NCBI GenBank assembly: GCA_963810275.1
Contig: CAWENF010000019.1
Coordinates: 128,001 to 192,000 of the forward strand
DNA length: 64,000 nucleotides
Reading direction: 5' to 3'
Origin: an uncultured archaeon
GTDB lineage: Archaea; Thermoproteota; Bathyarchaeia; Bathyarchaeales; Bathycorpusculaceae
Of the stretch, positions 19,642 to 31,204 are shown one piece after another. Position 1 is the first letter of the stretch; each line of letters starts with the position of its first letter. The translations under genes and the position numbers were made by a program. The notes under the pieces were generated by a model. That model was not told the origin of the DNA, searched no databases, and saw nothing but the letters and a program-made list of their open reading frames with translations.

Positions 19642-20121
19642 TTGGGAACAAAGTCTCGAGGCATAAACGCGGATATGCAGTCGCCGCGCACACGGTTGCT
19701 TTACTTAATTTACAGTGCACCTAACAGTCGCATCAAATCTGCCCCCGGTGCCAAAAGCAGCATCAGTTCCGCATTGGGCTACAAGTCTGATGGGCATTTC
19801 CACTACGACTGGAACTACCTTCTGGGTGCAAATATGATTGAGGAGAAAAACGGCTATTACCAAGTCACTGATACAGGCAAAAAAGAGTTTGCACTGCATT
19901 CCACCGCCGCCATGAGCAACTGGATAATGGTAGTCATGGGTATAGCCATTGTGTCTTTCACTGTGGGACTGAATTATGAGTTGTTACCAGTGTGGAGTGT
20001 GTCGTTTTTCGGTGCTGCTCTGATTCTGGTCGGAGGCATGTTTCTGCTTGTGGGCAAAAAAGCTAAACCTGACCTCTCCGTTGAAGCAAAAGAACTGCTA
20101 AAAGAACTCAATAGACGCTAA
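19642..20121 (+). CDS. Membrane-anchored winged-helix protein (wHTH + 2 TM)
   Basis: RTRLLYLIY...ISSALGY...WNYLLGANMIEEKNGYYQVTDTGKKE (wing and TxxG signature) followed by two hydrophobic helices. Confidence 0.65.
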   Translation: MGTKSRGINADMQSPRTRLLYLIYSAPNSRIKSAPGAKSSISSALGYKSDGHFHYDWNYLLGANMIEEKNGYYQVTDTGKKEFALHSTAAMSNWIMVVMGIAIVSFTVGLNYELLPVWSVSFFGAALILVGGMFLLVGKKAKPDLSVEAKELLKELNRR

Positions 20122-20156
20122 GACAAAAAGAAAGAAAAGAAAGGGTTGTGCTGCGT

Positions 20157-21578
20157 TTAGAGTGGTTCGCAGCCGATGTACTTCTTGGTCGCTTCGTTAA
20201 GCCAAGGATAGAGCTTGTGCAGTTTATCCATGGATTCCGCAACTCTCTCTGTGGGGTACTCGTAGGGTTGTAGTCTACCGCTGAAGTACTCCTCGTAGGC
20301 TGACATGTCAAAGAACCCGTGTCCAGTCAAAGCAAACATCAACGTCTTGGATTCGTTAGTTTCTTTGCATTGTAGGGCTCTGTCGACGACCACTTTTATA
20401 GCGTGTGCTGCTTCTGGTGCTGGAATGATGCCTTCGCTGCGGAGGAAGATTTTAGCGGCATCAAATGCCGCCACTTGGTTTACTGCAATTGTGCTGATTT
20501 TCTTTTCCTGCGCGAGCACGCTGATGGTTGGTGCAATGCCATGGTAACGTAACCCGCCTGCGTGGATGGGGGCTGGCATGAAGTCATGGCCAAGTGTGTG
20601 CATGGGCACCAGTGGGGTGAGTTTGGCGGTGTCGCCGTGGTCAAAGGTGTAGTATCCGCGGGTGACTTTAGGGCATGCGGTGGGTTCGACAGCTATGAAC
20701 TTGGTTTCTTTGGGTGCTTTCTTGCTGACTTTGTCGTGGTAGAATGGCCAGAAAAGTCCGCTAAAGCTGCTGCCTCCGCCGATGCAGCCGTAGATTTCGT
20801 CAGGGTAGTCCTCTACTATGGCGAGCTGCTTTTGAGCTTCGAGTCCAGCGACGGTTTGGTGCATGCAGACGTGGTTAAATACGCTACCGATTGTGTAGTT
20901 TGCTTTTTTGCCGGTTTTTTCGCTTTCGAGGCTGTCTTCGACTGCTTCGCTGATGGCGATGCCGAGGCTGCCTTTGTTGTCTGGGTCTTCAGCAAGGATT
21001 TTTCTGCCTGCCGCTGTTTTATCGCTGGGGCTGGCGACGCATTCCGCGCCGAAAGCAGTCATCATAGCTTTGCGATAGGGCTTCTGGTCGAAGCTTGCAC
21101 GGACCATGTAGACGGTTGCTTCCAAGCCAAACACGTTAGCTGCAAAAGACAGTGCACTGCCCCATTGACCTGCGCCTGTTTCAGTGGTGACACGGGTGAT
21201 GCCTTCTTTCATGTTATAGTAGGCTTGGGGGACAGAGCTGTTGATTTTGTGGCTGCCTGGAGGTGAGACACCTTCATATTTATAGTAGATTTTTGCTGGA
21301 GTTTTGAGTGCCTTTTCGAGGTTGAGTGCTCGGAAGAGGGGTGATGGACGCCATATGCGGTAGACTTCTCTAACTTCGTCGGGGATGTCTATCCAGCGTT
21401 CTTGGCTGATTTCTTGTCCGATGATTGCTTTAGGGAATATGCGTGGTACGATACCGACTCCGGGTTCTCCTGTTTCCGCTTCAAGGAAGGGTGGGAGCGG
21501 GTGGGGCAGGTCGGGGGCTATGTTGTACCATTTTTTTGGTATGTCTGACTCTTTAAGTAGGATTTTTTTCTCGGGCAT
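20157..21578 (-). CDS. trpB2: TrpB2-type tryptophan synthase beta chain-like PLP enzyme
   Basis: KYEGVSPPGSHKIN, TTETGAGQWGSAL, GCIGGGSSF, PIHAGGLRYHG, PAPEAAHA. Confidence 0.92.
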   Translation of the reverse strand: MPEKKILLKESDIPKKWYNIAPDLPHPLPPFLEAETGEPGVGIVPRIFPKAIIGQEISQERWIDIPDEVREVYRIWRPSPLFRALNLEKALKTPAKIYYKYEGVSPPGSHKINSSVPQAYYNMKEGITRVTTETGAGQWGSALSFAANVFGLEATVYMVRASFDQKPYRKAMMTAFGAECVASPSDKTAAGRKILAEDPDNKGSLGIAISEAVEDSLESEKTGKKANYTIGSVFNHVCMHQTVAGLEAQKQLAIVEDYPDEIYGCIGGGSSFSGLFWPFYHDKVSKKAPKETKFIAVEPTACPKVTRGYYTFDHGDTAKLTPLVPMHTLGHDFMPAPIHAGGLRYHGIAPTISVLAQEKKISTIAVNQVAAFDAAKIFLRSEGIIPAPEAAHAIKVVVDRALQCKETNESKTLMFALTGHGFFDMSAYEEYFSGRLQPYEYPTERVAESMDKLHKLYPWLNEATKKYIGCEPL

Positions 21579-21725
21579 TTTGTTCGCCTTTTGCAGAGAA
21601 CTGTTCTTGTAAGTTTTATTTAACTCTTTTCTGTACATTTATGTACGTGTGTGGGTTGGTTGCGGAAAAACGCTTAACAACACATTTATACTCAAACGCA
21701 CAGAACCCTACATAAGAGATCCAAA

Positions 21726-22229
21726 ATGTGGAGTCAAATCAGAAGCCAACTCGAAACCTACCCAGAACGCCTAAAAGTCGCCAGAGTCCTAATAGAAAAC
21801 GGTCTCTCGGCACAAGACAGCAAAATATTTCTAAACCAAATAGAAATCCCCCCAATCCGGGTCGCCCGAGTTGCAGGCGTCGACCGCAGAACAGTCAACG
21901 AAACCCTCACAACCATCCACAAGAATCCCGAACTCCGCTTAATTTTTGAAGAAATCCGCCCAGCAGGAAACTCACTAAAAGAAATCGCCAAACACCTCAA
22001 TTTGGGCGTAATTGAAATTATCCCAACCAGCGCCACAACCCGTGGAATTTTAGCAAACACTGCCCAAGCACTTAGCAAAGCGGGTCTGGGTATTCGGCAA
22101 GCGATAGTGGACGACCCAGAGCTGTCACCTGAACCCAAACTAACTCTGATTGTTGAGAGAAAAATTCCCGGTGAGTTAATCCCTGAACTGCTAAAGATTA
22201 CGGGTGTAGCAAAAGTTTCAGTTTACTAA
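21726..22229 (+). CDS. ACT-domain regulator of amino-acid metabolism (COG2150-like)
   Basis: N-terminal HTH VARVAGVDRRTV and C-terminal ACT domain GILA...GIRQAIVDDPELSPEPKLTLI. Confidence 0.82.
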   Translation: MWSQIRSQLETYPERLKVARVLIENGLSAQDSKIFLNQIEIPPIRVARVAGVDRRTVNETLTTIHKNPELRLIFEEIRPAGNSLKEIAKHLNLGVIEIIPTSATTRGILANTAQALSKAGLGIRQAIVDDPELSPEPKLTLIVERKIPGELIPELLKITGVAKVSVY

Positions 22230-22278
22230 CAATTCGTCGCCCGATGAGTCGGCAGTAGTGGGGCTGTGGCGAAGCTGT

Positions 22279-24729
22279 TTATCTGCTGAATTTTATTCCC
22301 GTATGATCTAAAATCTTGTAGAACAGTAGCTTTAGTGGGTCTGTTATAAGCAACTCTATGAAGATATATCCGAGGATGAAGAGGGCAAGCGGCCAACCTA
22401 GGGGCGAAGGAAATAGAACCCCATAAACAGTTATCAGCACAGCGGTGGTTTGGGAAAACAAGATTGCCAACCCTAGCTGCTTAGCCGGTCGTATCGACCA
22501 GAATGGGCCTCTTGTTCGGGCCATTAAAAGAGTCATTTGGCTTGCCAGAGAAAGCTTTAGGTATATGAAGGCTTGAAGTACAGCGGGGCTGAGCATGAAG
22601 ACTTCTTTGCCGATGTAGAAAGCTCCAAAGGTTATTACAACTCCAACTGTTCCAAGCATCGTAGCCATCCCTAAGACCGTGCGCATGTTCCATTTTTCAG
22701 GAGACTTCGAGTAGTGCACGTTGTCGTAAGCAATTGTTATTATCGGCAGGTCGTTTAGCAACGCCAACAAAACAATCATCACGGCGGTAATCGGGTAGAC
22801 GTTGAATAGAGAAATCGTCAGCGTTATGAAAAGGACAACTCTAATGGTTTCAGCGATTCGGTATATGGAATAATGCTGCATTCGTTGGAATATTTGCCGT
22901 GACTGTTTTACAGCATCGATAATAACGGATAACCCGGGTTTGGTGAGAGCTATATCAGCCGCCGAGCGCGCTGCATCGGTTGCCCCTGAAACAGCAATAC
23001 CTGAATCGGCCTTCTTCAAAGCTGGTGCATCATTTACGCCGTCCCCAGTCATACCCACGATATGTCCATTATTCTGCAGAGTTTCCACGATGTCGTACTT
23101 GTGCTCGGGAAAAACCTCGGCAAATCCATCAGCTTCCTCAACTATTCTTTTGGCTTTTCGGTCGGGTTTATCAATGAAAGCAGAGGGGAGAACGATGTTG
23201 GTACCTAGACCGACTTCTTTTGCGATTTCTTTGCCTATAGCAATGTGGTCGCCCGTTACCATTTTTACGGCTATACCCATTTCCTCTGCAGTTTTTATAG
23301 TCTGGGCAGAATCCGTTCTGGGAGGGTCATGAAGGGCAATTAAGCCGATGTATTCCCATGTGCCTTCTCCAACTGTTTTGGCAACGCCAAGAGCCCTATA
23401 TCCCTTGGAAGCAAAATCGGCAACATCTTTCCCAATTTGGTCCTTAACTTTATCGTTGCCTTTAGACAGCTCAAGGATCACTTGAGGAGCGCCCTTAGCA
23501 ACCTGAAATTTTTTCCCTGCAGCGTCTTCTACAGTAGCCATCGTCCGTTTCACTACGGGGTCGAAGGGCTTAAAACCAGTCACGTTGTACTGACCGAGGT
23601 TAATGTTGACTTCTTTTATGCTGCGTGTTTTAATGATTATTGCGTCGTCAATTGGATCTTTGTCTTCTTCCCTTGACGATAGAGTTCCATAGAGAAGTAT
23701 GTCTTCTTCTTTGTTTTTTGCATATGGTCGCAGTTCTGCGACGGTTAGTTTGTTTTCGGTTATAGTTCCGGTTTTATCTGCACAGAGAATGTCGATACCC
23801 GCCATTTCCTCGATGGACACCATTTTGCTGACGATTGCCTCCTTCTTTGACAGCGCAATCGCGCCAATAGCCATAGTAACTGAGAGGACTGCGGGAAGTG
23901 CAGCTGGTATGGAAGCAACGATTAAAACTAGTGCAAACTGAATCAGCGTCGAAAGGTCTTGACCTCTAAAGATGGATACCAGCATAATCACGGTGACAAG
24001 GATTACGGCAAAGAAAATCAGGTAGTCGCCGATTCTGACGACAGCTTTTTGAAAATGACTAGTGGTTCCGGATTCTTGAACCAGTTTTGTGGTTTTACCA
24101 AAATAAGTACTGGAGCCTGTGCTAACTACCAGTCCCTCCATTTCACCCATTTTGATTATAGAACTGGAGTAGGCGACATCGGCGGGATGTTTATCAACCG
24201 GGAGTGATTCGCCGGTAAGTGCAGATTCATCTGCCTGCAGATAGTCACCCTCTATGAGTTTGAGGTCTGCGGGAACTATGTCGCCCAATCGAACACGCAC
24301 AACATCTCCGGGCACTAGCTCCTTTGAGGGCTTCTGAATCCATTTACTGTCTCTTAGCACACGCGCTGTGGGCGAGAGCCGCTTTTGCAGGGCTTCTATT
24401 GCGTTGCCTGCTTGCCGTTCCTCCCAGAAGCCAACTATCGCATTCATGAATAGCAACAGGAGAATTATGCCGAAAGAGGATACATCACGCAGGATGGCTG
24501 ACATCACAACGGCGGCTTCGATCATGAATGGTATGGGACCCCAAAAATAACTGAGAAATTTAACTATTGGGTTGACTTTTTTTTCGGCGATGTCGTTGGG
24601 ACCATATTTTTGGAGTCGCTTCGCTGCTTCCTCAGAGGAAAGACCATTTTTATTTGCTGATAGCACCTCGAATATTTTATCAGCACTGGTCTTCTTCGCT
24701 TCCTCTGTAGATATGGAAACTTCTCCCAA
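22279..24729 (-). CDS. Plasma-membrane proton-efflux P-type ATPase (type IIIA), copy 1
   Basis: FWGPIPFMIE, LTGES, IPAALPAVLSV, CADKTGT, TGDGVNDAPALK, YRIAETIR, ALLNDLPI. Confidence 0.92.
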   Translation of the reverse strand: MGEVSISTEEAKKTSADKIFEVLSANKNGLSSEEAAKRLQKYGPNDIAEKKVNPIVKFLSYFWGPIPFMIEAAVVMSAILRDVSSFGIILLLLFMNAIVGFWEERQAGNAIEALQKRLSPTARVLRDSKWIQKPSKELVPGDVVRVRLGDIVPADLKLIEGDYLQADESALTGESLPVDKHPADVAYSSSIIKMGEMEGLVVSTGSSTYFGKTTKLVQESGTTSHFQKAVVRIGDYLIFFAVILVTVIMLVSIFRGQDLSTLIQFALVLIVASIPAALPAVLSVTMAIGAIALSKKEAIVSKMVSIEEMAGIDILCADKTGTITENKLTVAELRPYAKNKEEDILLYGTLSSREEDKDPIDDAIIIKTRSIKEVNINLGQYNVTGFKPFDPVVKRTMATVEDAAGKKFQVAKGAPQVILELSKGNDKVKDQIGKDVADFASKGYRALGVAKTVGEGTWEYIGLIALHDPPRTDSAQTIKTAEEMGIAVKMVTGDHIAIGKEIAKEVGLGTNIVLPSAFIDKPDRKAKRIVEEADGFAEVFPEHKYDIVETLQNNGHIVGMTGDGVNDAPALKKADSGIAVSGATDAARSAADIALTKPGLSVIIDAVKQSRQIFQRMQHYSIYRIAETIRVVLFITLTISLFNVYPITAVMIVLLALLNDLPIITIAYDNVHYSKSPEKWNMRTVLGMATMLGTVGVVITFGAFYIGKEVFMLSPAVLQAFIYLKLSLASQMTLLMARTRGPFWSIRPAKQLGLAILFSQTTAVLITVYGVLFPSPLGWPLALFILGYIFIELLITDPLKLLFYKILDHTGIKFSR

Positions 24730-24967
24730 AAAACCAACTCTTTAAAACTGAAAAACTAGATAATGTGTCTCCTTAGAGCTTCTAAGTATATTTACTTATG
24801 TGGTTACATTGCAGCATCACTAATTACCGGAATTGAATCATTTTTGACTATCCTCTTGAAGCAGAAAGCCGATTGCTAGAAAAATTTTTAAGAGCCAAAA
24901 CGAATAATAAACATTGCTTTATGGCAACAAACAGCCTTTAGCAATTTATTATTTTGAAGGAATCTTT

Positions 24968-27374
24968 TTGAGTAAATCCAATTCTTACATTATGTGGTTT
25001 GATGACGTCAACATAAACGACGTCCCCAAAGTCGGAGGAAAAAACGCTTCACTCGGAGAAATGATAAGGTCCATACGAAAAGAGGGCATCCGTATTCCCA
25101 ACGGATTTGCCACAACCGCCAAGCTCTACTGGGACCTAGTCGACAAGAACGGCTTAAGAGTAAAAATTGAGTCTCTGCTTCAAGACCTAATCAAAGAGAA
25201 AAACCGCTAAAAGATGTCGGCGCAGCTATCCGCCAGTTGTTCCTTGACCCCCTTTCCTCCCGAGATTGAAGGGGAAATCACAAAGGCATACGATGGGTTA
25301 TGTGAACGCTACGAAACAAAGGATGTGGATGTTGCGGTTAGGAGCAGCGCTACAGCAGAGGATCTTCCGGGAGCAAGTTTTGCGGGGCAGCAGGAGAGTT
25401 ACCTAAACGTTAGAGGGAAACCGCAGCTTCTTTATGCCTGCAAGAAATGCTTCGCATCGCTGTTTACTGATAGAGCCATAACTTATCGTGCCGAGCAGGG
25501 GTTTGAGCACATGAAGGTGGCGCTTTCTATTGGCATAATGAAGATGGTGCGTTCAGATTTGGCAGGTAGCGGCGTCATGTTCACTTTGGACACCGAGACA
25601 GGTTTTCCTAAAACGATAATAATCAACGCAGGGTGGGGGCTGGGTGAGTATATCGTGAAAGGCGAAATTAACCCCGATCGCTATGTCGTTTTTAAGCCTC
25701 CGCTTGGTGACCTAAAGATGGTTCCGATTTTAGAGAAGGCGTTGGGTACAAAAGAGAAGAAGCTCGTATACTCTGACTACGGGGACGACTCGACCAAGAA
25801 CGTTGAAACGGCGCAGCAGGAACGGGAAGCCTTCGTTCTTTCCGAGGAAGAAATTTTGTTGTTAGCGCGGTGGGGTCTGCGCATTGAAGCGCATTACAAG
25901 CGCCCAATGGATATTGAGTGGGCTAAAGATGGCGAACGTAATGAACTCTACATCGTGCAGGCGAGGCCTGAAACCGTGCAGAGTAGATTCAAAGAATCCA
26001 GCGGCTTAATGTCCTACAACCTCAAGGAAAAAGGCAAAGAACTCATAACGGGCATCAGTATCGGTCAAGCAATCGCCACAGGAAAGGTATGCAAGATTCT
26101 TGATGCAGCAAACATTGACCAATTCAAGAAGGGAGCTATCTTAGTTACCAAAATGACTGACCCAGATTGGGTCACTATCATGAAGGAGGCATCAGGCATA
26201 ATAACTGACTTTGGCGGTCGCACTTCCCATGCAGCCATAGTCAGCAGAGAACTCGGGATCACCTGCCATAGTGGGCACGGAGCGAGCTACCGAGGTTCTC
26301 CAGCCCGACCAAGCAATCACTATGTCCTGTGCTGAAGGAGAAACGGGGCATGTTTATGAAGGCATTTTAAAGTTTGACAAAACAAAAGTTGACATCAAGG
26401 GAATCCCTAAAACGAAAACTCAGATTATGATGAACATGGCTAGCCCCGATGCCGCCTACCGCTGGTGGCGCTTGCCCTGTGAAGGTATAGGCTTAGCACG
26501 AATGGAGTTCATAATAAACAACCTCATTAAAATCCATCCGATGGCGCTTATCAAGTTTAGCACCCTAAAAGATGAGGAGGCAATTGCCCAAATAAACGAG
26601 TTAACAAAGGGCTACAAAGACAAAACAGAGTACTTCGTGGACAACTTAGCTAAAGGAATCGCCCGCATAGCATCCGCACAGTACCCATACCCAGTCATCG
26701 TAAGAATGAGCGACTTCAAAACAAACGAGTACGCCAACCTTATAGGTGGAAAAACCTTTGAACCAAAAGAAGACAACCCAATGCTTGGCTTTAGGGGTGC
26801 CAGCAGATACTACAGCGATAGGTACCGAGAAGGGTTCGCGTTGGAGTGCCGTGCCATTAAGCGCGCAAGAGAAGAAATCGGGTTAGCTAACGTGGTTGTG
26901 ATGATTCCTTTCTGCAGAACTGTTGAAGAAGCACAGAAGGTAATCAAGGTGATGGCTGATAACGGTATAGAGCGCGGAAAAGGCGACTTTGAAGTCTATG
27001 TAATGGCGGAGATACCTTCAAACATTATCTTGGCTGACAAGTTTGCCGCTTTCTTCGATGGCTTCTCAGTGGGCTCTAACGATTTGACTCAGCTAGTACT
27101 TGGGATTGATAGGGATTCAGCCGAGCTAGCTTACTTGTTTGATGAACGCAACGAAGCAGTGAAAGACGCTATCAAATCGCTCATCGAAGTCGCCCACGCA
27201 CACACACCGCGGCGAAAAGTAGGGATTTGCGGGCAAGCACCCAGCGACTACCCTGACTTCGCAGCTTTTCTAGTCCGGTTGGGCATTGATTCTATCTCAG
27301 TTAACCCTGACAGCGTTATAGACGTGAAGAAGCGTGTGGCAGAAACAGAAAAGGAGACCTCGCAGCAGAAATAG
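24968..27374 (+). CDS. ppsA: Second PEP synthase (bacterial-like), interrupted by three 1-nt indels
   Basis: Joined ORFs give VGGKNASLGEM, RSSATAEDLPGASFAGQQESYLN, GGRTSHAAIVSRELG, DNPMLGFRGASRYY, GICGQAPS; frame breaks near 25200, 25248 and 26260. Confidence 0.85.
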
Positions 27375-27589
27375 GTTAGAAACTGTTAGAGCGCAACCGC
27401 CAATCATGAGACTATACAGCGACACATAACACGTTATAATTAATGGAAACTCCAAAGCAAACGCTACCGTAACTTACTGTTGCTATACCTGCACAGTAAC
27501 AAGCGTTTATTAGGTATGACCTTGTCAGTGTAGATTAGTCTTTTCGTTTTTCCATTTTTCAGGTCTCTTTTAAAAAGAGGGTGTGATTA

Positions 27590-30056
27590 ATCGAGCCAAG
27601 AAAACGTCACCACTGAGGAATCCAAAAAAACCTCATCCGAAAAGCTCTTTGAAAAGCTTCAAAGCAAGCCAGAAGGGCTTTCTCAATCGGAAGCACAGCA
27701 AAGACTCCAAACCTATGGCTCCAACGAAATAACAGAAAAAAAAATCAGCCCCCTGAGAAAGTTCCTCGGCTACTTCTGGGGTCCGATTCCATGGATGATT
27801 GAAGCCGCCGTTGTGATGTCCGCAGTTATTCAGCATTGGCCAGACTTCGGAATCATATTGATGCTGCTACTGCTAAACGCAGTAATCGGGTTCTGGCAGG
27901 AAAACAAAGCAGACAACGCCATAGAAATGCTAAAACAGAAACTGGCGCCAAACGCAAAAGTGCTCCGGGATGGCAAATGGGTGCAGAAGCCCGCCAAGGA
28001 GCTTGTGCCAGGCGACATAGTACGAGTTCGGCTCGGAGACATAATACCCGCAGACGTGAAACTGATAAAGGGCGACTACATTCAGCTTGACGAATCCGCC
28101 TTAACCGGTGAATCTTTACCTGTAGAGAAACACGAAGAAGATGTTGGTTACTCGGGGTCTATTGCTCGACAAGGCGAAATGGATGCCCTAGTCATCACTA
28201 CCGGCATGAATACCTACTTTGGAAAAACCACCAAACTTGTCGAGCAAGCTGGCACGGTAAGCCACTTCCAAAAGGCAGTCACAAAAATAGGTGACTACCT
28301 CATAGCTCTAGCGGGCGTAATCGTAGTTATAATCCTTGTTGTAAGCTTGTTTAGGGGGGAAAGCCTACTTTCAACCATCCAGTTTGCACTTGTTTTAACG
28401 GTTGCCGCAATCCCCGCAGCTCTACCCGCTGTCCTCTCAGTTACGCTGGCTTTGGGTGCAATAGCGTTATCAAAAAAAGAAGCCATTGTAAGCAAACTCG
28501 TAGCCATCGAGGAAATGGCAGGCGTTGATGTACTATGTGCGGACAAAACTGGTACCATAACCAAAAACGAGTTAACTGTAGGCAAAATCCAGCCTCTTGA
28601 AAGTTTCACAGAAAAAGACGTTTTGCTGTTTGGTTTCTTGTCCTCGCGGGAAGAGGACCAAGATCCCATAGACACCGCTATCATAACTAAAAGCAAAGAA
28701 GCAAAGGAAGTCTCAAGTGCAGTTGACTCCTATGAAATCGTCAAGTTTACGCCCTTTGACCCAGTACGGAAACGTACCGAAGCAGAAATCGAAGGCAAAG
28801 ACGGAAAAACCTTTAAGGTATCCAAAGGAGCACCTCAAGTTATTCTGTCCTTAACTACTGCCAGCAAAGATTCCATCTCCAGCAAAATCAGCCAGTACGT
28901 TGACGACTTTGCCTCAAACGGCTACCGCGCTTTAGGCGTAGCGCAAAACAATGGTGACACTTGGCGCTATGTGGGTTTGATTGCACTCTATGACCCGCCT
29001 CGTGAAGATTCCGCTGAAACTCTAAAAAACGCTGCTTCCATGGGCGTCAAAGTTAAGATGGTTACAGGTGATCACGAAGCAATAGGCAAAGAAATTGCAG
29101 GTCAAGTCGGTTTAGGTCGTAACGTACTGCCTGCCTCTGTTTTCCTGGATAAAAGCGACTTGGACGCTCAAGACGTAATCGAAAAGGCAGATGGATTTGC
29201 CGAGGTTTATCCCGAGCATAAATACCGCATAGTCAAGCTGCTCCAGAGCAAAGACCATATTGTGGGAATGACGGGCGACGGCGTAAATGATGCACCAGCA
29301 TTAAAAGAAGCCGATGCGGGAATAGCTGTTGCAGGTGCCACGGACGCCGCTAAATCCGCCGCAGACATCGTTCTTACCAAACCTGGTTTGTCAGTCATAA
29401 TTGATGCGTTGAAGCAGAGTCGACAGATTTTCCAAAGGATGAATAATTATTCAATCTATCGTATTACTGAAACCTTCAGGGTGCTGTTTTTTATTGCCAT
29501 TACGATTCTAGTTTTTCAGTTCTTCCCCGTTACCGCCCTTATGATCGTGCTATTAGCAATACTTAATGACCTGCCAATTATCACAATCGCATATGATAAC
29601 GTTCTTTATTCGAATAAGCCTGAGAAGTGGAATATGCGTGTCATTGTGGGCATGGCGACTTTTCTGGGGGTTCTGGGTGTAGTGGAGTCTTTTGCTTTAT
29701 TTTATATTGGGTATCAGGTGCTGGGTTTGTCGCCTGTGGTTCTGCAGTCGTTTATGTATCTGAAGCTTTCAGTCGCAGGTCACTTAACGGTGTTTATGGC
29801 TCGAACTAAAGGTCACTTCTGGTCTGTACGACCCGCCACGCCATTGCTGGTCGCGGTGATTTTAACTCAGCTTACAGCTACATTGATTACCGTCTATGGA
29901 ATTTTGCTACCTGCTATGGGTTGGGCCCTGGCTGGACTTGTTTGGGGCGAAGCGCTGTTGGTTTTTGTAGTTATAGACTTCGCGAAAGTACGCTTCTATA
30001 AAGTGCTGGACCATAGCGGAGTTGACTTCAGCCATAAAACACCGCACAAAAAATAA
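27590..30056 (+). CDS. Plasma-membrane proton-efflux P-type ATPase (type IIIA), copy 2
   Basis: The frame is open upstream of the ATG at 27795 back to 27591 (SQENVTTEESKKT..., matching the copy 1 N-terminus). The start reads ATCG, probably ATG with an inserted C. DKTGT, TGES, GDGVND and ILNDLP are intact. Confidence 0.9.
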
Positions 30057-30223
30057 TCTGCAAAACCTTTGCCCAAATCTAACCGATATAAGTAAAAGTT
30101 GGATTTCTGTTTTGGTAGCCCGATCGCGCTGTCAAACCTTTGGTAAATTGAAGTATGCGGTAAACATTTTTTTATCCTAACTGATAACAAAGAAAAAAGC
30201 CCAAATTGAATAGGCAGAGCAAA

Positions 30224-31130
30224 TTATGCGCAAGCATCTCGGCCCTTTTTATTCTGGGGAAGCGTTAAGTTTTTGTCGCCTGTTAAATCTTTTTCGAGGA
30301 TGGCTGCGCGAGCAGCGACTTTTTTAGCTTCCGCATTAATTTCAGGATTTTCCATCTCACCCTTACGTTTCTCATTAGACTCCAAAATCAACCGCAGCAT
30401 GTCCGAATCATAGTTTTTTAGTAATAGCTTAGTGTTAGGAATTAAACAGTGGCCGCCGATGACTCCAGGAAACATAATCGGCCGATCAAGACGTTGCCGG
30501 TGCGTATCTTCTAGAAAATCCAGTGAATCATTAAAGTCGGTACCGAATTTACGGCTTATACGGTGCATTTCCTGAAAGCATATAATCATCCAAGCGCGGT
30601 AAGTGGTCTCAAAAAGTTTCGCCAACTCGGTTTCGGTGCAGCCTTTGAGCACTTTAACCGTTAAGCCAAGTTTTTTAAAATGCGATTTCGCCGCTTCTGA
30701 TGCTTCATTCGTTGCTCCACCTACGTATTTAGGCCAACGCTTCATCTCCCACAACATATGCTCAGCATTAATGTGTACACCGCGAGAAGGCGAATGAACA
30801 ACAAAACAAAAGCTGCAATGTTCTGCGACTTTTAGTGTAGTTCCAGGCGGAACTGTGCTGTTATTTACAACCAGTTTAGGCGTATACTGTTTGGTGTAGT
30901 CAACAACAATCTGCGTAAAACGTTCAGGGTTGCCGCATGGCAGGCAAACTTGCAGAACATCCACTTGACTAGGTAAAGCATCTTTTAATTGGTTAAGCTC
31001 CATCATTTTAGCCTCATCCACATCCAAACCGTAAACCGAAAACTCCGCTAGTTTTTTCTTTGTACAGCGTGAAAAGAGTGTGTCCAATTTCGCCTAACCC
31101 AACAACCAGCACAGATTCCTTTTTTGCCAA
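30224..31130 (-). CDS. Short UDP-glucose/GDP-mannose dehydrogenase family protein (frameshift near the 5' end)
   Basis: TTG at 31130 gives VLVVGLGEIG (Rossmann); downstream NSTVPPGTT, ELAKLFETTYR and catalytic GGHCL. No C-terminal UDP-binding domain. Confidence 0.8.
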
Positions 31131-31204
31131 ACAGTATGCCTCCCAGACTGCAAAGAATTCAGAAGTGTTAAACTATTTAAATCTGGAGTCAACAAAAGAA
31201 AAGT

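Noticed and set aside
22240-22290. tRNA-5'-like GGGGCTGTGGCGAAGCTG and a possible C/D-box sRNA (CGATGA...CTGA) at the island edge
   Set aside because: No T-arm or acceptor-stem partner; the C, C' and D' boxes are poor, and I could not match a guide to rRNA.
25195-25215. Programmed frameshift in ppsA2 at the A-run
   Set aside because: Three separate breaks occur in this gene and similar indels occur across the window, so error is the simpler explanation.
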